A DNA stretch of 64,000 nt from the NCBI GenBank assembly GCA_964247055.1, contig OZ176058.1:682001-746000 (forward strand), read 5' to 3'. How positions within the stretch are numbered: position 1 is the stretch's first letter; each line of letters begins with the position of its first letter. Positions 51,718 through 63,300 of this stretch are shown piece by piece. Under the pieces are notes generated by a model, which was not told the origin of the DNA, ran no database searches, and worked only from the letters and a program-made list of their open reading frames with translations. This DNA comes from Paragordius varius. Taxonomy: Eukaryota; Animalia; Nematomorpha. The translations under genes were made by a program, and so were the position numbers.

Positions 51718-54647
51718 AATATTGTTTTTATTTAAATGGAAAAATATTAATAAAATTAAAAATATAAATATTTTTTTTTTTTAATTTTTTTTTATTTTTT
51801 TAGAGATATATTTCCAGTATTCCTAAATCCTGATGCCCTTCATGACATGATTGAAATTATTTTATTTTATTTTTGAAATTTTAAAAAAATATTAAATTAA
51901 GAAAATATTTTTAATATAATTTAAAAAAAAATAATAAAATATATAATATATATAAAATATTTATAAATTTTATTAAAATTTATAAATATTTTTTTTATTT
52001 TTTTAAATTTTTTTATTAATTTTTTTAGAGATATATTTCCAGTATTCCTAAATCCTGATGCCCTTCATGACATGATTGAAATTATTTTATTTTATTTTTG
52101 AAATTTTAAAAAAATATTAAATTAAGAAAATATTTTTAATATAATTAAAAAAAAAATAATAAAATATATAATATATATAAAATATTTATAAATTTTATTA
52201 AAATTTATAAATATTTTTTTTATTTTTTTAAATTTTTTTATTAATTTTTTTAGAGATATATTTCCAGTATTCCTAAATCCTGATGCCCTTCATGACTTGA
52301 AATTATTTTATTATATTTTTTTTACACATTTGGTTTTTATTAATTTGATAGATTTTTATAATTATTATAATATATATTTTTTACACATTTGGTTTTTATT
52401 AATTTGATAGATTTTTATAATTATTATAATATATATATATATTAAAAATATTAAAAAATAAAAATATTTAAATAATTTTTTTTTTAATTTTTTAGAGATA
52501 TATTTCCAGTATTTCTAAATCCTGATGCCTTGCATGATATGATTGAAATTATTGAAGGCAAAATTGCCCAAAATACCCAAAAAATTGATTTAGTCGTTGG
52601 TTTAGATGCCCGCGGGTTCCTGATTGCCCCATTAGTCGCCTACCATTTAAGTAAAAATTTTTTAAAAATTTAGGAATTTTTTAAGTTTAAATTTTTTTTA
52701 TATTTTATTTTTTAATATTTTTATAAATTTATTTAATTTGATTAAAAATAATTATATTTATATACATTTAGATTTATTTATAAAATAGATTTTTTTAAAT
52801 ATATATGGAATATTTTAATTTTTGTTATCTTATATTTGGATTTATAAATATATTTAATTTTAAATAAAATAGATTTTTAATAACTTATATAAAACATAAT
52901 TTTTTTGAATATTTTAATTTTGAAGTTCCTAATTGCCCCATTAGTGGCCTACCATTTAAGTAATTTTTATTTAAATTTAAAATTTTTTTGATATTTAATT
53001 TTGAAATTTTTTATGAAAAATATATTTTTTACATTATTTTTTTAGTATTTATATTAAGATTTTATATTTTGGAAATATGTTTTTATATAAATAGATTATT
53101 TTTTAAAATAGATTTTTTTTATTTTTAATATTTAATTTTTAATATTTTTAGTAATTTGGAGATATATTTATATTTTATATAAATATTATTAAGTTTTTTT
53201 AATAATTTTTTAAAAATAAGAATTTTGATATTTAAATTTTTTAATAAATATCTTTTTAATTTTGATTGTAAAATTTTATTTTTTTAATAATTTATGATAA
53301 ATTTTGAGTTTATTTAAATTGGATGTAAAAAATTGATTTTTTTTTAAATTTATATTTTTTTCTATAATATAATTATTTATTATTTTTAATAAATATTTTT
53401 TTTATGATTTTCTTAAATATTTTTTTTTAAATATAGTATTTTATATTTTTAGTATTTAAATAATTTATTATAAATTATAAGTGTTTTATCTAAATTAAAA
53501 GATTTATATTTTTTAATATTTTAATAAATTTTGAGTATTTTGTATAAATTTGAAGTTTTTCAAATAAATTTTAAAGTTCCTTAATCGCCCCATTAGTCGC
53601 CTACCATTTAAGTAAATTTTTTTTAATTTTTTATGAAATTTATTATTTTTTTAATATAAAATTTTTGGATATAAAAAATATTTTTTTAAATTTTTTTTCA
53701 ATTATTTAGATTGTAAAGTTATATAAATATAAATAATTTTATAATAATTTATTTAGATTTTGTATATTATGAATTTTAAACATTTATTTAAAAATAATTA
53801 TATTTATATTTTTGGAAATATTTTTTTAAATATAATTATAATTTTTATGATTTTTTATATATATATTTTTAAATATTTTTATTTTTAATAGTTTAATTTA
53901 TATTTTTTTTTATATTTTTAGTATTTTATTTTTAATTATTTAATTTTTCTAAGATTATTAACTATATTTTTTTTAATAATTATGGAATATTTTAATTTTT
54001 TAAAATCATAAAAATATATATATTTTTAATATTAAATTTTTAGTTTTTTTAAATTTTGAAAAATTTTTTTTATTTTTAATATATATTTTTATAGTTTTTT
54101 TAAATGAAAAATTTTTTTATTTTTAATATTTTTAATAAATTGTATTAAATTATTTTTTATAAATTGATTTAATATATATATTTTTAATTATTTTTAAAAT
54201 ATATTTTTTCAAAATTAAAATATATATTTTTAATTATTTATAAAAATTTATTTTTAATTTTAGAATTACCATTCGTCCCAATCCGTAAAAAAGGGAAACT
54301 TCCTGGCCCTGTAATTGATTTTAAATATGAGCTCGAATATGGATCAGTAATTTATTATTTAAAATTTTAATTTTATTTATTTTTAATTTTTTAAAAAAAA
54401 TTAAATTATTATTTTTATAAATTATTTTAAAATATTTTATTTATTAATTTTATTAATTTACTTCTAAAATTTAATTTTTTTCAGAATTTTCTTTAAAAGT
54501 TAAGTTTTTAAAAAATTATAAAATAATTATTATATTTTTTGATTTTAAATATGACCTTGAATATGGATCAGTAATTTTTAAATTATTTTATTTAATAAAT
54601 ATAATTTTAATAAAAATTAATTTAAATATTTTTTTAAAATATTTAAT

Positions 54648-54690
<43 letters not shown>

Positions 54691-57600
54691 GGTTTCTTTT
54701 GTAAAATAAATTTTTTTTTAATAAAAAAAATATTTTTTTTAAAAAATTAATTTTATTATAAATTAATTTTATTTTATTAAAGTTTCATTTTTTTAAATAA
54801 ATAAATTTTATTAAGAAAAATAATTAAATTTATTTTTGAATAATATAATTTAAAATATTTTCAGAATTTATAAGTTATTTTTTTATAGAAATTATATTTT
54901 TAAAATAATAATTATTCTAATTTTTTAAAAATTTATTTGGTGGTTTGAGCTCGAATATGGATCAGTAATTTATTAAATTATTTATTTTAAAAAAACATAT
55001 TTTAAGTTTTATGAATTTTATTAAAAAACAAAATATTTTAAAATTTTATTTAATAAATATTAAATTTTTTCTGATTATTTCTTGATTATTAGATAATAAA
55101 TATTTAATTTTGTTTAATAACTTTTTTATAATTTGTAAAATAAAATTTCATTAATTTTATGAAAAATATTATTATTTTTATTATTAGTATTTTTATATGA
55201 TTTTATAATAATTTATATTTAAAATAATATTTACTTTTTTATTTTTTTACGTGATATTTTTAGAATATTTTATATATGAGCTGGAAAATTGATTGATAAT
55301 TATATTAATATATTTTTTTTATATAAATTAAAATTTTTTAAAATATTTTGGAATTTTTATCATAAATTAATAATTAATGAAAAATTTAAATTTAATTATT
55401 TTCAATTTTTTTAATAATATATATAAAAATTTTTTTTTAAAATTCTTTTATTTTTAATTATTTAATATAATTAAATTGAAATAATAAATATAATTAATAA
55501 TTTTTATAAATTTTTGATTATATCATAATATATTTTTTTATTGATAAAATATTTAATGATAAATTTTGGATAACTCTATTGTATATAGATTATTTATTTT
55601 TTAATTATATAAAATATTTTATATATTTTTTTTAAAATTGTTAATTATTATAATATTTATTATTTTAGTATTTTTTTAATATAATTTTTTTATTTTTAAA
55701 CCATAATTTAATTTGATTTTTTTTCAAATAGGATGTATTTTAAAATTTGTAATTTTTAATTGTATTATAAAATATTTTAATATATTATAATATCAATATT
55801 TTTTTGATTTAATAATATACTAATTTAATTTAAATTAATTTTTTCAAGTAGAAATCTTTTATTAATTTATAATAATATTTTTCTTTATTAATAAAATATT
55901 TAATGATAATTTTTAAATATTTTTAATTATTATAAAATTTTAATATATTTTTTAATATATTTTTTTATATTTTTTTATTAATATTTTTAATTAAATAATT
56001 TTAAATAGAATGTATTTGAAATTCAAAAAAATGTAATTCCTCAAGGTTCACACGTGGCCGTTATTGATGATTTATTAGCCACGGGCGGTATAAATATTTA
56101 TTTAATTTTAAATTTTATTTTTTTTAAAAATTAAAATTAATGATTAAATAAATACTATATATTATTTAATAAACTAAATAATTATTCTATTTTTTGTTGT
56201 TTATTAAATTAATTATAAATACTTATTAATATATGCAATTTTAATAATTTTTTTACTATAATTCAATTATATATATATATATATGTATATATAAATTTTT
56301 GAATATATAATATGCAACTTTAATAAATTTATTTTAATATTTTCCTTTTTCGTAAAATCAAATATGTATGAATTACAGTAAAAACTCAAACTGACTGAGA
56401 CGTAAAAATAGAAAGGTAAATAATTTTTATACTTTGTCGTTTAAAACAATGACTTATATCTAAAATATTAACAATTAAAAAATATGCTGGTTACTTATTT
56501 TTGCGTTTTGTCCTCACGTATAATTTCAATTTTTACTGTAAATTTATTGCTATTCTAATGATTAAAAATATTTTAGAAGATGAAAATACAGAAAAACTAA
56601 AATTATGCTTACAAAATATAAAAATACAATGAAAAATATACTTTTTTTGCCAGATAACCAAAATTTTTAAAATCTATATCATTAAAACTCATTGTTTTAA
56701 ATGGCAAAGATACATAATACCAACACAAAATCTAGATTTTATATAATTGACAAAAGTTTAAGGTTTTAAAAAGTATGGTTGGTTATCTTTTTGATAAAAA
56801 TATTTGTTTTTATATTTTTACGGTTTGTCATAAATAAATGTTGAAATTTTTTATATACTTACAATTCAAATTCACCCTTTGAACAATATAAATTTACCGT
56901 AAAAATATATTATGTCTATTCGGGCAGTTGATATAACTTTTCATTAGTAAGAAATATATCTTTATGGCGCATAGTTTATTATTTTATCATAGTATTATAT
57001 TGATTTTAAACGTGAATTCATTTTTAAAAATATGTATAAAAAATGGGTAATTTTCTAAAAAAACACATAATAATTTATTTTTGGGTGAATTTTAATTGTT
57101 CGAAGATGAATTCAAATTTTTCAAGAGTTAATTTTAATTGTTTGATGGTGAATTTGAATTGTTAAAGGATGAATTTGAATTGTTCAAGGGTGAATTTGAA
57201 TTTTTTAAGTGTGAATTTGAATTGTTCAAAGGTAAATTCAAATTGTTTAAGAGTGAATTTGAATTGTTTAAGTGTGAATTTGAATTGTTTGAAGGTGAAT
57301 TTAAATTTTTTAAGTGTGACGAATTGTTCATGGGTGAATTTGAATTGTTTAAGGGTAAATTTGAATTTTTCAAGTGTATATTTCAATTTTTCAAGTAGGA
57401 ATTTGAATTGTTTAAGGTTGACTTTGAATTGTTCATGGGTGAATTTGAATTGTTTGAGGGTGAATATGAATTGTTAAGGGTGAATTTGAATTAAGGGTGA
57501 ATATGAATTGTTCGAGTAAATTTTTCAAGTGTGAATGAATTGTTTATTTGAATTGTTCAAGGTTGAATTTGAATTGTTTAAGGGTAAATTTGAATTGTTT

Positions 57601-58183
57601 AAGAGTGAATATGCATTGTTTAAGCGTGAATTTCAATTTTTCAAAGGTGAATTTGAATTGTATAAGTGTGAATTGGAATTTAAGGAATTTAAATTGTTCA
57701 AGAGTGAATCAGAATTGTTCAAGTGTGAATTTGAACTGTTTAGGGGTGAATTTGTATTGTTCGAGGGTGAATTTAAATTGTTCAAGGCAATTTGAATTGT
57801 TCGATGGTGAATTTGAACTGTTTAAGGGTGAATTTGAATTGTTCGAGGATGAATTTGTTTTGTTTGAGGATGAATTTGATTTGTACGAGAATGAATTTGT
57901 ATTTTTCAAGTGAATTTTGAATTGTTTAAGGGTGAATTTGAATTGTTCAAGGGTTGAATTGTTTAAGGGTGAAATTGAAGTGTAAATAGTATAAATAAAA
58001 TAAAATTTATTTTTTTTTTTTTCGATTTTATGTTTTATAGGAAGTATGGAAGCGTCGTGTCGCTTAGTTGAAATGGTTGGGGGTCAAGTTACCCTTTGTG
58101 TCGTCGTTATGGAATTAACTGAACTTCAAGGCTCTAAAAAACTGACGACAAAATGGCCGCTATGGTCAATGTTGAAATTTTGA
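49452..58183 (+). CDS. APRT: adenine phosphoribosyltransferase, 5 exons, 186 aa
   Basis: Exons 49452-49552, 52496-52650, 54264-54346, 56009-56087 and 58041-58183 are GT-AG bounded, phase-consistent and total 561 nt. The protein has PYDDFPKPGVLFR|DIFP, VVGLDARGF, FVPIRKKGKLPG, YELEYG and the PRPP-binding VAVIDDLLATGGS. The FR|D, EYGS| and ATG|G intron positions correspond to those of vertebrate APRT. Confidence 0.96.
49840..49850. promoter_or_regulatory. NRF1/EWG-type palindrome TGCGCATGCGC in APRT intron 1
   Basis: Exact match to the YGCGCAYGCGC consensus in very AT-rich DNA, about 390 bp downstream of the ATG. Confidence 0.4.
50681..52300 (+). pseudogene. nine tandem copies of acceptor plus first ~50 nt of APRT exon 2
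   Basis: Copies start at 50683, about 50761 (partial), 50923, 51163, 51402, 51593, 51804, 52029 and 52254; the last three have a 225-bp period with near-identical spacers. Confidence 0.93.
52925..53612 (+). pseudogene. two copies of the 3' end plus donor of APRT exon 2
   Basis: TTCCTAATTGCCCCATTAGTGGCCTACCATTTAA|GT at about 52926-52961 and a frameshifted version at about 53577-53612. Confidence 0.88.
54541..54964 (+). pseudogene. two copies of the 3' end plus donor of APRT exon 3
   Basis: GATTTTAAATATGACCTTGAATATGGATCA|GT at 54541-54572 and GAGCTCGAATATGGATCA|GT at about 54947-54966. Confidence 0.88.
56856..57991. mobile_element. MITE family B copy in APRT intron 4 with its right subterminal 21-bp repeat (GGGTGAATTTGAATTGTTCAA) expanded to about 40 units
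   Basis: Family-B left arm and core at 56856-57080, then an array of about 900 bp ending GTAAATAGTA. Confidence 0.85.
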
Positions 58184-58324
58184 AAAATATTTTGAGAAAT
58201 TTGAAATTATATACTGCATTTATATTAATAATGATTATATATATATATTGTATATATTGACAAAAAATGTAGTTAACTTTTGATAAAAGATGTGGATATA
58301 TTACAGTAAAAATTGAAAATAAAA

Positions 58325-58785
58325 GCTTCCAAAGGCTCAAAATGGCATGGTCAAAAGAAATTTTAAATTTTGAAATTATATATTAATGTTTATATATATA
58401 TATATATATATATTGACAAAAAATGTTAACTTTTGTAAAAAGATGGATATATTACAGTAAAATTTATGATATAAGTTTTAAAAACTGACGCAAAATGACC
58501 TCTTAGGTCAAAGAATTCTATGATTCTTTGATAAAAAATAGTTAACTTTTGATAAAAAGATGGGGATATATTACAATAAAATTTGAAATTGAAGCTTCAA
58601 AGGCTTAAAATGGCATGGTTAAAAGAAATATTTTAAAATTTGAAATTATATACTGCATTTATATATATTGACAAAAAATGATAACTTTTGTTTAAAAAGA
58701 TGGATATATTACAGTAAAAATTGAAAATAGCTTCAAAAAACTGAAGGCTAGATGGCTTCTATGGTCAGGAAAAATTTTAAATGTT
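58325..58785 (+). repeat. degenerate tandem copies of the APRT C-terminal coding/3'UTR junction
   Basis: Variants of AAAATGGC...ATGGTCAA...AAATTTTGAAA followed by GGATATATTACAGTAAAAATTGAAA recur 3-4 times after the stop codon. Confidence 0.7.
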
Positions 58786-59519
58786 CTAAAAATATGTGTA
58801 GACTAACGAATTATATTATTATTGGGCACCACACAATAGCATATGTTATAAAATTAGCTTTCTCTATAATTAATGTTGCGCAAGCTGGAAAAAAACTATT
58901 TAATATCAGCCATTTGTTGTTTTTTATACCCACCCGCACACTATTGTGTTACCAATTGACGATCAAATGAGAATAAACGCCAGCATAAATTTGCATTCTG
59001 AGCAAATCCACGGCAGAATTTTGTAAAAAAATTAAAAATTTATGAAATTAGAACATTAAACTGTATTATTTAAAGGATTTATTTAATATATATATTTACA
59101 ATATTACAATATTAATGTATAAATTTAAAAAAATATTCTTGTTTTGCATGCGGTGCTTATATTTTTTTGGCAAAATGCTTATTTTATATTATTGTATATG
59201 CATTTATAATATTTTTGAATTTTGTCATTTCTGATTTAATATTTGAATAATTTATTTATTTGGGAAACTATATATATAATGTTTGGCATTTAATTGATGA
59301 GTTTTGTAATAAATGAATTTAGTAATTATATATTTCAAATAAAATATCATATTTATGCAGATGTATAATTTCTTTAAATAATTGTTGTAATTAAATGATA
59401 ATATAGAGGTTACATACGTGATTCCGAATGTTGTAAAGTTAGAAAATGTATCATATAACAAATAAATAAATTATTAAAAACGACAAACCATTCTTTCTGT
59501 CTTCTAAATATATTTCATC

Positions 59520-60060
59520 GTTTGTAAACACAATAATATGATTGGATAACATATTTTAGTAAATATTTATTGATTGTTGAAAATATATGGTTGTTTGCTC
59601 GAAATGCAAAAATATGATTGGGTTACTTATTTAAATTGGATGTTTGAATGTTGAAAATATATGGTTGATTGTTGGTAAACAATATATTATTAGTAACCTA
59701 TTTTGATTGTTGTAAATATATGGTTAATTGGAAACAAAGTTATTAAGCAACTTAGTTGCAATTATTATTTGATTTTTGGAAATATATGGTTGATTGTTGG
59801 AAACACAAAAATGCTATTAGTAAGCTATTTTGATTGTTGCAAATGTTTTATTGTTGAATATATATGGTTAATTATACAGAAAAATGTTATTGGGTAACAT
59901 ATTTTTATAGTTGTAAATATTATTTGATTGTTGGTCTTATATGGTTAATTGTTAGTAAACATATATATTATTGGTAACCTATTTTAATTTTTGCAAATAT
60001 TATTTAACTGTTGAAAATGTATGGTTGTTTGTCGGAAAATTGGGTAACATATGATTGTAG
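59520..60060. repeat. degenerate minisatellite (~60-70-bp units, AAATATATGGTTGATTGTTGG...GTAACCTATTTTGATTGTTG)
   Basis: Motif recurs about 7 times. Confidence 0.7.
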
Positions 60061-60293
60061 GAAAAAGTATTTTATTGTTATTTTAGATATCGTCCATATG
60101 AATAATTAAGTATAAGGAAAGGACTTTCAAATCATTAGCCCGGAAAACGAAATAAAGCTATTTTTAAAATTTTTAATTAAGCCAATGTTTTGAATTATTC
60201 CATCATTATTTTTTGTTAAAAAATTTAGATTAACAAAGATAATATATTACAATATTATATTTATTCATAAAAAATTAAGCTTTTAAATAATAA

Positions 60294-60335
<42 letters not shown>

Positions 60336-63300
60336 CGTAATCCTTTTAGTTTTGCTAAATCAAACGTTTTACGTCTATCTGTCTGTACATCATCAAAAAT
60401 ACTAGCAACTTTATAATAATTATATGATTTCCAGGTCAAACATATTTTAAAATTAATATTACAATTAATTTTAATTTAATTTCACTCTACATATCGCTAT
60501 CTATTGGTAAAAATATCACTAAGACTTATTTGGTAGCTTGTTTTGAAGTTATGATTTGGTCAACCGCCGCATGGCCCAAAACCTCTTGCGAAGAAACAAA
60601 AAATGTTTTGAAATTTTACGCAGTTGGTGATCCAATCAGATATAGGTGCAGTGATTTTGGTATAATATCGAAGAAAGATTTCTTTTTTGGAATTAAATTA
60701 AATTTGAAATTTTCTAATGAGGGGATCTTGCCGAATTCAATGCCCGAGTTGACTTTAGAGAAAAGTATAGTGTAGATCAAATCTCTTTCGCGTGTTGTGA
60801 CTGACATCATTATTAGGGACGGGTTTGCTTTTTTCAATGATGAAAGAAAGTTTAAAACAAACTAGGTAAAATTTTATTTGAAATATCCAGTATTAAAAGC
60901 TAGGTCATTCAAGATTCAGAATGCCACTAACATGTGGCAAAATTTATTTGAAAACAAAATTCTAGGTTAAATATTATTTAAAATATTTGTAAATAATATC
61001 AAAAAAATGAAATAATATAAAAAACAGGACATTATTAGTGAAACGCAAGTGTCGTACAAACATTATTTTCACAATCCAATATTGCATGATATTTACTTAA
61101 GTAAAAAGTGGTCATGACCATGGTCTGACTGTCTCTGACCGGATTTTTTTGAAACAGCAGTCAAATGGACAACCCTAGTCCCAACAGTCAAAAAGGAACA
61201 ACGAAACCCATAATTTCACACAAACGAGCCTCTATTTAATATCACCGTAGGAGTCAAATCCCAATCGTAGGAATTTGCTGAATCCACTACTGGCCAGATT
61301 CACAGTACCCGGGATGTAAATTTGAAGGCATTCTTAAGGAAATATCCTATGATCTGACCCATCCGCGCAGGAACAACCCCCGCAAACCAAACTATACACA
61401 TAGAACGTCTATAAGTTTAATCTCAAGAAAGCTATCCTAAATATATGGAATCCCTAAGTATTTCAATATCGACACCGAAACGATTTAAAATTATATAAAC
61501 ATAAATAGAATTAGTAATCCCCTCTCCTGAATTCAAAACCAGCCACCTTTAACGGAAAAGAAATGTCCGAATTAGAGCTCTCTCGTTTCGAACCAATTAT
61601 AAAATATTTATCCAAAATACTTGTTCACATATATGGAATCATATTTTGCAAAGTGCTTGATTGTTTTATTATTTAGAAATTACTGGATATGCTTAAATGA
61701 TGGTTAACAATTTTATAACGATGCATGTTTGACAATTTTATATTATTGGGTAAGTAAGCATTTAAATATTTAATTTATATTTATAAAAAAATATATAAAA
61801 AAACAATAAAATCTAACTTTACAAAAAATTTACCAGTACTTTCTTAAAAAAACAAGTTTTTAAATGACCATGGTGATCAATATATAAATAGTCACTGACC
61901 TAGTCATGACCTGACCGGGTCTTATGACTTGGTCAGCACAACCCTAGTTGAGACTGTATTAGTTTTGAAATGTGACTATTATAAAGCCCAAAAATTAGAA
62001 AAAACGAGGACGGCCAAAAAAAGATTCACCATCTATTTAAGAGTGTTTTTGTTATCCTTTATGAAACAAATAACTTTTTCAAAGAGTGTTATAATTTTAA
62101 TTTTTTTTTAGTTTTACAAATTTTTCATAAAAAGAAATGTAGCGATACAATTTTTTTTATTTAAAGTTTTAAATATTAGATAATATATTAAAATATCTGA
62201 CATCTTTTTACTTAAAGCATTTTTGTATATCATGAAAAATTAAACAATAACCTTAAATAGCAACGTGGAATACCAGTCAAAAGCCATTGGATTACATAAC
62301 TGTGCATGAACAAAATAGGGTATAAAAAGTATAGTTTGTCTTTTAAAAATATATATTTTTATCCAAATTTGAAACTGTATAATCATTTTATACTGTACTT
62401 ATAAAATTTTAATATAATAAAGATAATCGCCATCTATATATGTTTTAATAAGAATATACACATAATTTGTATTTAATAAATTAGATTTAAAAAGTATGTA
62501 ATTTTTGTTGTATATATAAAACTTAGCTAATACCATTTGCACTTCAAGAGTGTTTTTGAACATTTTAAGTTGGTCCTTAAGATTTCAACTTCGTCCCTGA
62601 ATACTTCACGTTAGTCCTTTAGCACTTCAGGTTGGTCCTTGAACATTTTAGTTTGGTCCTATAAATGATCAAATTTTGATTTAACCATAATTTTTGCATG
62701 TATTTTTTATTTTAGTATTTTTTAACCTAATTTTCTTATTTATTACAGATTTGTTGATAAAATAAAAATTTTTGTTTAACCACTTTTTTGTTTCAAATTA
62801 ATTTTTTTCCAATTTTACAAAATTATTAATTTTTAAAAGTTTTCAAAGAAAAATTCAGAAAATTTATATATTTTTAAATTACATGATTTTAATCATATAA
62901 ATATCAAAAATAATTTTAAGAAATTAATAAAGATATACGGTTTCTCAATGATTAATGGTTGATATTGATTTAAATTTTATGTAAAATAATAGAAAATATT
63001 AACGATGAAATAGATGAATGATATAAGATATGATTGATAAAAGTTAAAATAAAATAAAAAAAACAAAAAAACCAACTAAAGTGTTCACAATTTGAACAAG
63101 TACATTTGATGTGTAAACGATATATATATAATATATTATATTCAAAATTTAAACGGCCCTTATACATAATAAATATTTTTTATAAAATATTTTTGATGAA
63201 TATTTTACACCAATAATTATAAGTTTTACAAATTAAATAAACCAATTAAAGAAAGAATATTTAAGGTTATTTAGTTTGATTAAATATAAATTTGTGGGAA

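Noticed and set aside
50681-52300. CRISPR-like appearance (conserved ~50-bp repeats with variable spacers)
   Set aside because: The repeats are APRT exon-2 sequence, the spacers are homologous duplicated intron of about 150-200 bp, the host is a eukaryote and there are no cas genes.
50681-52650. Dscam-like mutually exclusive exon cluster
   Set aside because: The copies are incomplete: they have acceptors but no donor and run into stops, so they cannot substitute as whole exons.
57134-57913. Multiple overlapping ORFs (FELFKGE)n, (LNCSRVN)n
   Set aside because: Same artefact of the 21-bp MITE array in APRT intron 4.
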